Positions 21,303-34,027 of a stretch of 64,000 nucleotides of DNA are shown in pieces. A program made the position numbers and the translations under genes. The stretch lies in NCBI GenBank assembly GCA_027923505.1, contig BROI01000004.1, forward strand, positions 1,116,001-1,180,000, written 5' to 3'. How positions within the stretch are numbered: position 1 is the first letter of the stretch; every line of letters starts with the position of its first letter. The notes beneath the pieces are model-generated. The model was not told where the DNA came from. It saw only the letters and a list, made by a program, of their open reading frames with translations, and did not search any database. Origin of the DNA: Mayamaea pseudoterrestris (lineage: Eukaryota).

Positions 21303-21725
21303 ATGCGCTGCTTTATTCTCACATTCGCCATGTCGTCACTGCATTGCGTATCTGGCCTTGCCATTTTGCCGACGCGTCGCGAGGCACTGGCCTCCATGTT
21401 CGTTTCGACGGCTGCAGCTACCTTGATTCCAAACACGGCCAACGCCGCAAACGCCGATTGCTACAAGGACTGCTATTCCAACTGCCAACAGATTGCTCCC
21501 AACAATGGCGACTACTGCCAAACGACGTGTCAAGACTACTGCAACCAAGACGATCGTACGGATGGACTGTCGGGATCAGTTTCCAACACTGGCGGCGAAG
21601 TCGGCATTTTAGGGGGAACCTTTGGGACTGGGACAGTCGTGAAGAACCAAGACAAGCCGCCGGCGGTGAAGATACCGGGACTCGATTTTTTGAGTAATGA
21701 TGGAAAAAAATTGTTGGGATATTAG
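21303..21725 (+). CDS. Small Cys-rich protein, probably plastid/thylakoid-lumen targeted
   Basis: Signal peptide, twin-Arg (TRREAL), hydrophobic stretch and ANA cleavage site, then CxxxCxxxC-x10-CxxxCxxxC and DDRTDGLSGSVS. Confidence 0.75.
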   Translation: MRCFILTFAMSSLHCVSGLAILPTRREALASMFVSTAAATLIPNTANAANADCYKDCYSNCQQIAPNNGDYCQTTCQDYCNQDDRTDGLSGSVSNTGGEVGILGGTFGTGTVVKNQDKPPAVKIPGLDFLSNDGKKLLGY

Positions 21726-22033
21726 AAGGACAATAGAATGAAGCATCTTGAGCAAAGTTTATCCTGCATCCGCTCAATTCGATAATTCACTCTTTCAACA
21801 GCGATTGCTCATTCGAATTGTTTTGAGTTTATAGTGTTATATACTCTGTGTAATTATGCGTAGACCGTAGTATACTCGTAATTTCGAACCAAACTGCCCA
21901 CTTTCGAGTACCGTATGCTGTCGCAGCATCACACGACCATTTGGCATGATGGCGATGGCCGATCCATCACAACATTCGGAACTCCTCCTCGACCATGATA
22001 TAAAGGATCGTGGCGAGTAGTCGGCGAGCCATC

Positions 22034-23290
22034 ATGACGACAGATAATACTTCGGAATACTCGAAGAGTGTTTCGTCAATGAGAAACTTGTCCGGAAGTG
22101 ACAATGATCCAGGCTTCGCACCATTCACCCGAAGCAGCATCAACAATTTGATTCCATTTCCTTCCACAGTATTATCACCCACCGATCGCTTACTCACCTT
22201 GCTGCGGCGCCGCCACTGGGAAGCCGCTTTGGTGCGAATATTAAGTCATGCGCAAGACGTTCGCTTTCGCAACGGTCATCGCGCCACGCCGCTGCACGTG
22301 GCCCTCCATCGCAGGGCGCCGCACACACTCATTGCCATTATTGTGGACGTGTATCCAGTGGCACTCTTGCTGCAGGACGCGCAAGGATGGACGCCGCTGC
22401 ATGTCAATATATTGTATGGGAGTTGCGAAAACACGACTTTGTTGCTCATTCAACGAGGCGGCCCCATGGCGGCGTCGCTGCACGGCTCCTTTGTGGGATC
22501 GCCGCTGCACCTCTTATGTCGGCACGGACCAATGTCCACTATAATACTTCGTGCACTCGTCGAAACGCAACCACTCCAAGTGACGCTTCCAAACGAAACG
22601 GGCATGCTGCCGGCCAACTTGCTCTACAGAGCGTTTGTCAAGCGACACGGCTTGGCGCAGCGAGACAATGTGGAAACGTTGGTGGCGCAGCTCATGGTCA
22701 TGGCCAAGGCAGTATACGGATGCAAGAAGGAATCAACAACTCGCACTGCATCAGTCGTCAACAATAGTAATGACGATTACTCGCTCTTGCATCAGGCGAT
22801 TTTGTTTCAATACCACTACGCGCGAGAAACCAATCTCGTGGGGCATCTACTGGAGCTGCATCCCCATTTGGTGCACGCGCGCGACGACAACGGCCGCAAT
22901 GGCCTTCACGCTGCTTTGAGCGTGGCGCATGATGCGGCGGCAGCAGCGGGAGCGATAGCGGCAAAGTCTACTCTAGTTCCTGTCTCGCATGATCCCCTGC
23001 TTGTTTTGTTGGCGCACGACCCGTTGGCAGCGGCGGAACCTGATCCAGTCACGCGACGATTGCCGCTCTTTACGGCATTGGCGACATGCAATCATCACGG
23101 CAGCAGATTTGCAACGCTGGTGCAGGCCTACCCTGGCGCACTGCTGCTAAAAGATCCAGTGACTGGTTTGCATGCCTATCAACTGGCAGCGGTGGCAAAT
23201 GGAAGCGGTGACGACGATGAACGAGGCAGCAACATTTGTTTGAACACCGTCTTTGAGCTGCTCAAGGCTTGTCCAAGCGTCATTCGTTAA
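22034..23290 (+). CDS. Ankyrin-repeat protein (diatom-type)
   Basis: Repeated TPLH/SPLH motifs (ATPLHVAL, GWTPLHV, GSPLHLLC), DDNGRNGLH, DPVTGLHAYQLAA and FELLKACP. Confidence 0.85.
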   Translation: MTTDNTSEYSKSVSSMRNLSGSDNDPGFAPFTRSSINNLIPFPSTVLSPTDRLLTLLRRRHWEAALVRILSHAQDVRFRNGHRATPLHVALHRRAPHTLIAIIVDVYPVALLLQDAQGWTPLHVNILYGSCENTTLLLIQRGGPMAASLHGSFVGSPLHLLCRHGPMSTIILRALVETQPLQVTLPNETGMLPANLLYRAFVKRHGLAQRDNVETLVAQLMVMAKAVYGCKKESTTRTASVVNNSNDDYSLLHQAILFQYHYARETNLVGHLLELHPHLVHARDDNGRNGLHAALSVAHDAAAAAGAIAAKSTLVPVSHDPLLVLLAHDPLAAAEPDPVTRRLPLFTALATCNHHGSRFATLVQAYPGALLLKDPVTGLHAYQLAAVANGSGDDDERGSNICLNTVFELLKACPSVIR

Positions 23291-23478
23291 AGTTGGGAAA
23301 AGGGCATCGCTGGCTCAGTATTGAAGGAATATGCATTCGCATGATTGCCTGGCGAATGTGAGCTCTATTGTTATGGGGTGCGAGACTATCGCCATGACTG
23401 TTCTAACTTGTAGTCAATAAAACATATAGGATAATACAAATCTATCTTACAGTTAGCAATCAAAGTACGTCGTTCTCA

Positions 23479-24321
23479 CTAGTCACCATCATGCTGTTGT
23501 TGTTGCTGCTGCTGCTGCTGCCGCACAATCTTGAGCACCGTGAGTCGCTCGTTGCGCGTTCGTTTCCGCAGCAGCGGCTGGCAGTCGAGCTGGTAGTCAC
23601 GTGCCAATTGCTGCGCCAGCTCACAAGGTAAATTGTCATCCACCGTGACCAAATAGGCGCAGCCACGTTCGTGCAAGAGTCGCGCCAACTGAGGAATGGC
23701 TCGATCAATCACTAGTCGTCCATCTACGCCACCGGCCCAGGATGCGGCAATGCCATTAGTGTTCACTTCATCGTTGGAGGTCGGCACATACGGGGGATTG
23801 AAGATGATCACGTGCACCATGCCAGCCAGTCGCTGCAGCAGCGGGCCCGCCAAGTCGCAGTGAATGGTTTCGAAGCAATCGTCTCGCATGACTTTGTTGG
23901 CTCGCGCCGTCCTGACGGTAATTTCCAGCGCCGCGCGATTAATGTCCGTGACGAACGACATGATTGATAATGTTGACTCGTCGTTGCCTTGTCCATGTCG
24001 CCGCCGCCGATTCAGCAATTCTTGGCGCACGTAGACCGACGCGACGCCGGAACCACTGCCAATCTCCAATACAATCATGGGCGAATTCGCCAAATGGTCA
24101 AAGCAACCAATATCTATATCATGCTTCAGCGCATCCAGTAGCAAAAAGGTATCGGCCGCCGGCTCGTACACGTCCTGGTAGTCGTCGAGGCAAAGGTGGT
24201 TTAGGTGCGGCATGGTGGCTGGTGACATAGTCTTGGCGCGCGACTCGGCTTGTTCATCCAGTTGCTTCCAATCAGCCGACGGCTGATAGTCGCGGGTTGG
24301 TAGCTGGTGGAATTCTGACAT
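23479..24321 (-). CDS. N6AMT1: HemK2/MTQ2/N6AMT1 eRF1 glutamine methyltransferase
   Basis: Motifs VYEPAADTFLLLDAL, LEIGSGSG, TDIN, FNPPYVPT and SWAGGVDG. Confidence 0.93.
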   Translation of the reverse strand: MSEFHQLPTRDYQPSADWKQLDEQAESRAKTMSPATMPHLNHLCLDDYQDVYEPAADTFLLLDALKHDIDIGCFDHLANSPMIVLEIGSGSGVASVYVRQELLNRRRRHGQGNDESTLSIMSFVTDINRAALEITVRTARANKVMRDDCFETIHCDLAGPLLQRLAGMVHVIIFNPPYVPTSNDEVNTNGIAASWAGGVDGRLVIDRAIPQLARLLHERGCAYLVTVDDNLPCELAQQLARDYQLDCQPLLRKRTRNERLTVLKIVRQQQQQQQQQHDGD

Positions 24322-24558
24322 ATAGTTTGTTCTGCTGGCTGCCTTCGAAGTGTAACGTGTTCACTTGGGCGACAACGAACAAAATGGATCGAATGGATCG
24401 ACTGTCACGCATCGTACCGGTACTAAAAAGGTGTCGCATGCGACATGCGTGCGATCTTATGGTGCGGATCTCAACACAACATCCTTCCATTGGCATTCGT
24501 TACGAAAAGGGAGAAGAGGCCTTGCATTTGAGAGGAGTCGTTCGTTCTTGCTAGCAGT

Positions 24559-26536
24559 ATGATTGGACCAACCATTGTAAGATAAACAATGACACCTGAG
24601 TTTGGATTATGTTATTGAAACCTTGGCGCTCCTCTGACTCATCGTCTCTCATCCTTCATTCACCTCATTTACACATAGGAACCATCCGAGGTTGGATTGA
24701 CGGGCCTCGTCTGGCTCTTTTTCAGCTATGGATACGTGTTGTATCAAGCGAGTAACTTGATCTCCGAAGGATCCGAGCTACTGCTGCTCGTTCCGTCGCT
24801 GGCAGGTGCGTGCGAGATGCGTTTGCGGTCTGTAAATTGTGATTGTTCTCCTTGCGGATTGGATTGACTCATTATCATTATAAAAATAACATTCATTCAT
24901 TCATTCATTCATGTTTTTCTGTTACAGGACTCGTGGGAGGCGTCGTGCTGCCGCTGCTGGGCGCCGTGCCCGACGGCGCCATTATTCTCTTTAGCGGCCT
25001 CGGCGACTATGAAACGGCGCAGGAAACGCTCAGCGTGGGCGTCGGAGCGCTGGCGGGATCAACAATCATGTTGCTGACGGTGCCCTTTGGTTTGAGCATT
25101 TACGGTGGACGCGTCGATCTGGATGCAACTACTGGTGTTCCAAACTACTTTGGCAAACCCAAGTTAACGCCCAAAGACTCGTTAAAGGAGCGTCTGCATG
25201 GATCCGGTGTCACGGTCACGCAGGCGGTGAGTCATTCGGGCATCATCATGATGCTGACCACGATTCCGTACTTTGTCATTCAAGTGCCGGCGCTGTTCAT
25301 GCATGGATCGACCAAGTCAGTTGGTGCGGGTGAACACTGGTGGTCGTTTGTTGGTTTGTTGGTGTGCATTACTGGCTTGGTGTTTTACATGCGCCTGCAG
25401 TTGCGCATTTCCAAGGAGGGTGAAGATCAGGGCAAGCGGATTGCGACGGTCAAAAAGCTACTCAAGGAGGGTCAGATCAGTTTGAGTGGCGCCGTCGCGG
25501 CCAAGCTACGCGAGGAGGAGGCGCATTTGGCGGGAGCCGACGCGACGGAGTACCAATCGCTCAAGAACCGCGACAGCAGGTATCCGTCGCCGGCGATTGC
25601 CAAGTATTTGAAAGAGATTCTAGCGGATGCCTTTCACATGTACGACAAGAATGGCAATGGGGAGTTGGATGTTTACGAGTGTTTTGTGTTTTTTCGTGAT
25701 TTCAATGAGAATATTCAAGAAGAGTAAGTACTTTGAATTGATAGGCTATAACCGAAATATCGTCACGGCCTTATAAATGCTCATCATCTATATTGCGCAG
25801 CGAAATGAAGTCCTTGTTCGCACGGTACGATACGGACAATAGCGGTTTCATCTCTCTGGACGAATTTATCGGACTAGCATACGCGATTATCAAGTCACAA
25901 GACACGGGGCACACGGATATGGACGGTCATCACGTTCGCAGACCGAGCTATACCGCCGGTACCACCATTGCGCGAAACGCCTTGGACGATAATGCTGATG
26001 ACGCGGAGGAAGAAGAAATGCCTGAAGAGTTCACCCACTTGACGCCCGACGAACAGCAGGCGGCAATCAAACGAAAGGCCTTCATCATGCTTGCTCTTGG
26101 TACCTTTCTGGTCATGCTATTTTCGGATCCCATGGTGGATGTCATGCAAGAGATTGCAAACAGGGCCCATCTGTCTTCCTTCTACGTCAGCTTTTGCTTA
26201 GCGCCACTTGCCAGCAATGCGAGTGAACTTATAAGTTCAATGTACTATGCAAGCAAGAAGACGAGAAAGACAATCACCGTCTCGCTCAGTACCTTGTGCG
26301 GAGCTGCGTCGCTCAACAACACGTTTTGCCTTTCCATTTTCTTCTTTCTCATCTACTTTCGGGGCCTGGCTTGGCAGTACTCAGCGGAGACGCTTTCGAT
26401 TGTCGTCGTTGAGTTAATCATGGGCTTTATGGTTCAGCAAAAGACTTTGACCTTGGCGAATGGGCTATTCATCATGGCGATCTTTCCACTTAGTTTGGTA
26501 CTTGTTGCTACGATGGAGCATTTCGGTTTTGACTGA
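24559..26536 (+). CDS. EF-hand-containing Na+/Ca2+ exchanger-like protein (NCL/EFCAX type); introns 24577-24678, 24806-24927, 25724-25800
   Basis: Reconstructed MIGPTI|EPSEVGLTGLVW..ISEGSELLLL..GAVPDGAI (alpha-1 region). EF hands DKNGNGELDVYE and DTDNSGFISLDE. Alpha-2 region FSDPMVD..PLASNASE..NNTFCL. All introns are GT-AG and in frame. Confidence 0.88.
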
Positions 26537-26648
26537 GCAATAACGCACGAGCGGATCAATTTACGAATGTGCTAAATTAAAGGCTAAATAATAAATGAGA
26601 ATTTGCTGAACACAGGTTTATTACATATATTAATTGAAACGGGGTTTC

Positions 26649-29600
26649 CTAGTGGAACTCGGTCGGCTTTGTCCAAGCGTCTGTCTCTTTCTCACTCTTG
26701 TAATGCTCGAAAAGTGTCGTTGGCTCGAGGGAGATGGACTTTTCGTAGTCATGCATGTAGATCGCATCAGTGAACATTTTAACTAGGTTCATATTGGTCA
26801 AAAGTGGAACGCCAAAGTCAACGGCGCTGCGGCGCATCTGGTAATTGTCCTCAAGCTGTGTGGACTTGTGAGTCGGGATGTTGATAACCAAGCCAATCTC
26901 ATCTGCCTTAATCAAGTCGACGGCACCGGGCTCGGAGGCGCCAGTTTCGGTAGGGTAGGAGACAACAGTGCATGGGACGCGGTTTCGTTCCAAGACGGCC
27001 GCAGTCTTTCGCGTTGCCATGAGCTCATAACCGAGCTCGTGAAGTTGCCATGCGCAGTGAGTAAACTCGTCTTGTAGTTCCTCCTGCACCGACACCAAGA
27101 TCTTCTTCTTGCCTCCGTGATTCGGAAGCTTCATGTTTGTGGAGAGCAGAGCCTTCAAGAAAGCCTCCTCCTTGTTCCTGCCAAAGCAAGCAACTTCCCC
27201 AGTCGATGCCATCTCTACTCCAAGAACCGGATCAGATCCACGCAGCCGAGTGAATGAAAACATGGGTGCCTTGACGCCAACGAAACCGCTTGGACGATTG
27301 GTAGTGTCCAAAGTTGGCAGGTTCATGTCCTTGGTGTCATGCCCTACCATAGCTTTCGTCGCCGCCTCGATGAAATCAACACCCATGGTCTTGGAAACGA
27401 AAGGAAACGACCGCGACGCCCGGACATTGCACTCGATGCACATAATATCAGTGCCTTTGGCAACGAACTGAATGTTGACTGGGCCAGTAATGTTTAAGCG
27501 TTTAACGATCTTTCGTGAGGCGTCACGGACGCGTTCCTTCGTGTAAGCCGACAGGGTGTATGGCGGAAGAACCAGCGTCGCATCTCCAGAGTGAACCCCA
27601 GCGTTCTCGATATGCTCATGGATCGCAGCAGCAACCAGCTCTCCATCTTTACCAACTCCATCCATCTCAATCTCTACAGCTCCTTGAATGAAGTCAGAGA
27701 TGACAACTGGGTGATCCTGCGAGACATCTGCAGCCTCTTCAAGGCATTCACGGAGCATCTCATCACTGTATGCGACGTTCATGGCAGCCCCACTAAGGAC
27801 ATATGAAGGACGGACGAGAACAGGGTAGCCAACTTCCTTGGCAAACTCCAACGCACTGTCAGTGCTGGTCAGTTCACGCCAGCGAGGCTGCTGCACACCA
27901 ATTTCATCAATCATGTCGGAAAACCTGAATCGATCTTCAGCATTGTCAATCATATCCGCAGGGGTTCCGAGAAGCTTCGCACCAGCCTTGTGCAAGGGAA
28001 TTGCGAGGCCATTCGGAATTTGCCCACCGACGCTGACAACAATGCCATCAGACTTGTCGCGGTTGTAGATGTCGAGAACGCGTTCGCGGCTGAGTTCCTC
28101 AAAGTACATGCGATCGCACTCATCATAATCAGTCGACACCGTCTCAGGGTTGTAATTGATCATGGTCGATTTCAGACCAAGCTTACGCAACGTTCGGATG
28201 CAACTAACACCGCACCAGTCGAATTCGATCGAAGAACCGATTCTGTACGCCCCACTTCCAATGACAATAACTCCTCCATTAGCTGGCTCCACATCATCTT
28301 CCTGACCATGGTACGTCATATAAAGATAGTTGGTGGCGGCAGGGTATTCAGCAGCGAGAGTATCAATCTGCTTGGTTGAAGGCGTAATTCCGTAACCAAT
28401 ACGCTTGTTGCGAACATCATCTTCGGTTGCACCACCAACGACAGCAGCAGCAATCTGCTTGTCGGAGTATCCCATCTTCTTAGCTTCCGCCATGAGCTCG
28501 TGCGACATGTCTGCGAGAGAAACTTGCTCAATCTTCTTTCCGGACTTGACGATCGCCTCGAGACGACGGAGGAACCAGTGGTCAATCTTTGACATGTCGT
28601 GAAGCTCGTCTACAGTGAAGATATTCTCGTGCATAGCCTGAGCAATCGCGTAAATGCGTTGGTCAGTCGGCTTGGTCATTTCCCTAGCAATCTCTTCCTT
28701 TGTAAACTTTTGCTTCGGACTGAAACCCTTGACGGAAGGATCAACCATGCGCAGTGCCTTCTGAATAGACTCTTCCATTGTGCGACCGATACCCATGACT
28801 TCGCCGACACTCTTCATGGCCGACCCGATTTCTCGGTTCACGCCCTCGAACTTGGACATGTCCCAGCGAGGAATCTTCGTGACAATGTAATCCAAAGACG
28901 GCTCAAAGGCTGCGCAAGTCTTTTTGGTCACAGAATTAATTACCTCTGTCATTGGAATACCGAGGCAAAGTTTGGCAGCAACGAATGCAAGCGGGTATCC
29001 TGTTGCCTTGGAAGCGAGTGCCGAAGAACGTGAAAGACGAGCGTTGACTTCAATAATGGCATACTCCAAGGACGTCGGGTGAAGGGCATACTGAATGTTG
29101 CACTCTCCAACGATACCGAGATGACGAACAACCTTGATGGCAGTCTCGCGAAGCATGTGGTACTCTTCGTTGCTCAATGTTTGCGACGGTGCCATGACGA
29201 TGCTGTCGCCCGTGTGGATTCCGAGTGGATCAAAATTCTCCATGTTGCAGACAGTCACGCAGTTGTCGTGCGTATCGCGAACGACCTCATATTCAACTTC
29301 TTTCCATCCCAACATGCTCTTCTCGACAAGAATTTGTGGTGACACGGAAAGTGCCTTGCCAGCCATGTCCCGCAAATGCTCCTCGTCGGTGCAAATACCA
29401 CTGCCTAGTCCACCAAGAGCAAAGGCTGAGCGAATCATGAGCGGGTATCCAATCTTCTTGGCATGTTCGACAGCACCGTCAATTGATGTCGTAGTGTATG
29501 ACTCGGCAATCTTTTCGTTAATCTCGTTCAGCTTGTCGGAAAACAATTGACGATCCTCCGTATAGTTGACAGCTTCAATCGAAGTTCCTAGAACCTCGAC

Positions 29601-31463
29601 GCCGTACTTTTCAAATGTGCCAGCAAAGTACATTTCAACGGCGCAGTTCAGCGCCGTCTGTCCACCCATGGAGACAATGATACCGTCGGGCTTTTCGCGC
29701 TTGATCACTTCCTCGACAAAGTCAGGAGTGACTGGCAGGAAGAATACATGATCCGCCATGGCTTCCGACTTGTCATCCGTGTTCGTCTGTACCGAGGCAA
29801 TGTTGGGGTTCATAAGAACAACCTCAAGTCCCTCCTCCTTCAAAGCCTAAAAAGATAGAGAGAATGAACGAATGAGAATCAGTAAATATGTCAATTGTTC
29901 ATCGACGTCGTCCATGACATATTCCATCCATGTGCTGTGCTTACCTTGATGGCTTGTCCACCCGAGTAGTCAAACTCTCCAGCCTGCCCAATCGACGTTC
30001 CACCCGATCCCAGCAGTAGTACCTTCTTCACATTGGGTCGCGGCGGAGCCTGCTTGCGGACGGGAAAGCGAATCTTGTCGAGCGGCTTGTCCATGGCTTC
30101 CAGAAACGTGTCAAACATAAACTCCGTGTCGACTGGGCCACACGCCGCTTCGGGGTGAAACTGCGCCGTAAAGTACGGGCGCGACTGATGCGCAATACCT
30201 TCGTTCGATCCATCATTGGCGTTGGTGAAAAGAGTCTTCCAGCCGGGCTTTAACGTGGAGCAGTCAATGTGGTAGCCGTGATTCTGCGGCGTAATGTAAC
30301 ACTCCTTGGTCTGGTGGTTAATGACAGGTTGGTTCTGTCCGCGGTTGCCAAAGGGCAGCTTCTTGGCGATACCTCCAGCGGCCAGTCCAATGAGCTGGTT
30401 TCCCATGCAAATACCAAAGATTGGCTTGACTTCATCCTCGGGGCACGTAATCACCTTTTCAAGCTCCTCAATCGTCTTGGTGTTCATGGTTGGATCGCCT
30501 GGTCCATTACTCAAGAATAAACCATCATACTTGTGCAGTTCCATCGCAAACGGATAGTCCCATGGCACAACGGTAAGCTCCACGTTGCGCTTGCACAATT
30601 GACGAATGATATTATACTTCATACCCATGTCAACCGCCAAGACGCGGTGCTTGTTCCCCTTGCCGTACACCACTGGCTCCTTGACACTGACAGCATTCAC
30701 CAAATGCGTCGCATTCGGATCGACCATGTTGGCAAAATCCGGCGGCCCCGCGTTCAAATCCACTTCAATTCGCCCGAGCATGGCTCCCTTTTCGCGAATG
30801 CGCTTGGTGAGCATGCGCGTGTCAATATTCGACAAGCCTGGAATGTTTTCCTCCTTGAGCCAGTCGCCGAGACTACTGGCAGCGTTCCAGTGCGAGTACA
30901 TGTACGAGTAGTCTTGCACAATGAGACCAGTGGCGTGAATGCGGTTCGATTCAAAGTATTTTGGTAAACCGTACGGGTCGAGGACTTTGCGGTCGGGGAC
31001 GCCGTAGTTGCCAACCATGGGTGATGTGAGACACACCATTTGGCCTTCGTAGGAGGGATCTGTCAAAGTTTCGGGGTAGCCGACCATGCCAGTGGTAAAG
31101 ACGACCTGAGTAAAAGAGAGGCGATGGATGAATTGCGTGTCAGAAAGTCAGCGCCAATCGACGGCAGATGATGCGATCGGAGCGTCAGCCTCTCGCGCTC
31201 TCACAACAACCATTTATAAGAACCAATCTCACTCTTTTTCAAACAATTCCAAGACTACTCACCTCTCCCTCCACGGACGTGTGACTTCCAAACGACAATC
31301 CGGTAAAGGTGGTGCCATCCTCCAAATAAAGCTTGGCGAGCGCCGTCGGCGGACCAACGTTGTCGCCGGATTGCGTGGCCAAGGCTCTCGACGACAACCC
31401 AACTGAATGATGACGACCAACAGCGCGAGGCATGCCGCGGTAAAAGTATTTCAGCATGGTCAT
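26649..31463 (-). CDS. Fused (small+large subunit) mitochondrial carbamoyl-phosphate synthetase of the diatom urea cycle (CPSIII-like); introns 31106-31262 and 29847-29944
   Basis: Arg/Ser-rich presequence, LEDGT..GEVVFTTGMVGYPE, glutaminase GICMG and QFHPE, two ATP-grasp domains (GQAGEFDYSG, GSSIEFDW) and a C-terminal MGS domain. No DHOase/ATCase fusion. Confidence 0.95.
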
Positions 31464-32168
31464 GATGATGAGAGAGAGTCTGCGCGTGTGTGTCAAATGA
31501 TGGAGTGAGTGACGACTGACGAAAATGTGTGACAATCGGCGAGGCGGTTTTCGCAACAAGCTCCACCGTCTCGACCAGTCTCCCTGCTTTCTACAAACTC
31601 ACCAGCACACTAGTAGACACGGGCTGTAAATTCTACCAATAATACGTTTTATTCTTCCAACTGCCGCTCCTCTTGATGGAGTGTGGTTGCCAAGGCTTGA
31701 AAGGTCGAGAAGAAGAAACGAAGTTTGAACGCGCGCGCACGTGGATCCGTCGGATCATTCATTCCCGGTCGGACGTCAAGATAAGACTCATACCCTGTTC
31801 AGTGATGTTGCGTGGTGGGGAGCGACTGCATCGCCAAATTCTGAACAAAATATGCAAATCTATTATTAAGTTAATCCATGTGAAAGTGCAAGAGGCATGT
31901 TGACGAAATATACAGTTGCAACGAGATGCGGTTGAGAATGCACAGGTATTTATTTGAGTGGTGCTCGGGATGGTGGCCATTAGCATGAAATTGCACCTTA
32001 TAAGCTACCGTACGTACGTGTACGCTGGGCATCTTTGTACAATTAGCTACTCTCTCATATATACCAAGCGCAACAAAGCGACAATGACCTTTTGTTCCGC
32101 TTTGCGAGAAACTCTGGCGCAGTTTTAACTTGTAATTACAGGTCAGTATTATAACACTCTTCCGTAGC

Positions 32169-33493
32169 CTACTTGTTGGCAAACTCCTCACCCTTTTTAA
32201 TTTGTGCCTTGAGCTCGGGCATCATCTTGTCAAACCAGCCTTGCTCGTAGGCGGACAATTCTCCATAGCCCAAAACTTCTTCCACTCCATTCTTTCCAAA
32301 CTTGCAGGGACTCGCAAAGTATTTCGCCTCGGTCAAGTTGGATTCCACGTAGGCACACTGCGTCACCGACTCACCCGCCATGGCCTTGAGTACATTCTCC
32401 GTGAACAAAAAGCCCGCATACGCCATGCTCAACGTGGCGCTGCCCGCTCCCGCCTTGGCCTGGACGACTTCGTCTCCACCAAACTGCGTGCGCACCGTAA
32501 TGGCTTCAAGCTGCTCCTGCGAAGCCTTCCAGCCAGGTACTTGCGAAAAGAGGGGCAAAATGGTAATGCCGGCGTGTCCGCCAATGACAGTCACATTAAT
32601 TTCGGATGGATCCTTGTTCAAAAGCGCGCCGACGAACGTGTTCGCCCGCACTACATCCAGTGTGGTCACGCCGCACAGCTTGCGGGGGTCGTAGACGCCG
32701 CGCTGTTTCAACACTTCGGCGGCAATGGGAACCGTCGAGTTGACTGGATTGGAAATGATGGCCAAGACAGCGTCGGGGCAAAACTCGGCGCAGCCTTCAA
32801 CTAGAGTCTTGACAATAGAGGCGTTCGTCTGTGTATAATGTGACAATTGGCGAGGAGTGAGAGGAGAGTGGGACGGCCGAGTCATCACACTTACGAGTAC
32901 ACTTCAACATAAATTCAGGAGCAAGACCCATTCCATCATTTTCTACCATCAAGCATGTATATATATACTTACATTAAACAAATCATCCCGTGTCATGCCT
33001 GGCTTTCTTGGAACACCAGCCGGAATGACAACCACCTTGGCGCCCATCAAGGCTTCGCCAAGACCTTCATTCGATCGTTGGGGCCAAGCGCCAGGACTTG
33101 GAAGACTTCCAGTCACCTTGGATTTGGTTGGAATCTAATGAAAGAAAAAGTTATAAAGGAATTAGCGAGACAAAGAAGCAATTGTTCGCCGTAGAATACA
33201 GCGAGGTTGTAACAAAATCCTCTCCGTCTCCATTCATTTCCAAGTCCCCTCCTCCACATATATACTGCACACTACCAGCAAATACTCACATGACTCAAAT
33301 CCGCCGCCACGCCTGGCGCGTTCATGACATCGTAGCAGGCCAGTTCGTCCACGAGCGGTGACAGCTTGAGCAGCAAAGAGAGTGGCTGGCCAATGCCTCC
33401 GGCAGCTCCCAGGACGGCCACCTTGTTGGACATGCTGCGCGTAGTTGCTGATAGTGATTTCTTGATGGCTGAGAGTGAGCGAGATGCAAGCAT
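32169..33493 (-). CDS. MDH2: Mitochondrial NAD-malate dehydrogenase; introns 33135-33289 and 32829-32972
   Basis: Presequence [12 protein letters not shown], then [59 protein letters not shown] and GSATLSMA. Confidence 0.96.
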
Positions 33494-34027
33494 GCTATTT
33501 GAAATGATTGATTGCAGATGCAGCTGATATTGATGCAATGTTTGGCAGACGAGATTGATGTTTTGTGTGCGAGTGGAGCGAGAGGAAGGACGAGCGTCGA
33601 ACGACGCGGCGCGTCACGCTCCCAAAGATCCGAACCCGAATCCAATTTCGGGTTCACGTGCTTCCACTTAGGGTTTGGCATGCCTGCCGTCTGTCCATCA
33701 GCCGCACGTCCCAGGCGTTGATGCGCGCGCGCTGCGGCATGTTGCTTCCGCTGCGAGCCGCTAGCAACGTTTGCAAGGCAGAGCCAAATTGACCTTCATT
33801 CGGCATACTAAACAAGAGCAACGATACAACTGGACTTGCTTAGCGCCGTGTTTCCATTGCTTGTCTTAAATTCTGGTCCAGCGCCGGCAGCTGATTCTCA
33901 GTTTCACGAAACGTTTCACGCTTCCACGTTGCTCGCCATTTTTACTTGGGTTCGTTCACATCCGACGGTTCCTAATTCAAACACGACTACGCTTGTTTCA
34001 CACTACTAGTCCATATAAATATCTAAA

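Noticed and set aside
23490..23520. Poly-Q tail of N6AMT1, and the (TCAT)n microsatellite at ~24890-24912
   Set aside because: Ordinary simple repeats.
26868..30967. Many antisense/overlapping ORFs of 60-260 aa over CPS, RIO kinase, MDH and XPO1
   Set aside because: Expected shadows of codon bias in long genes; no recognisable domains.
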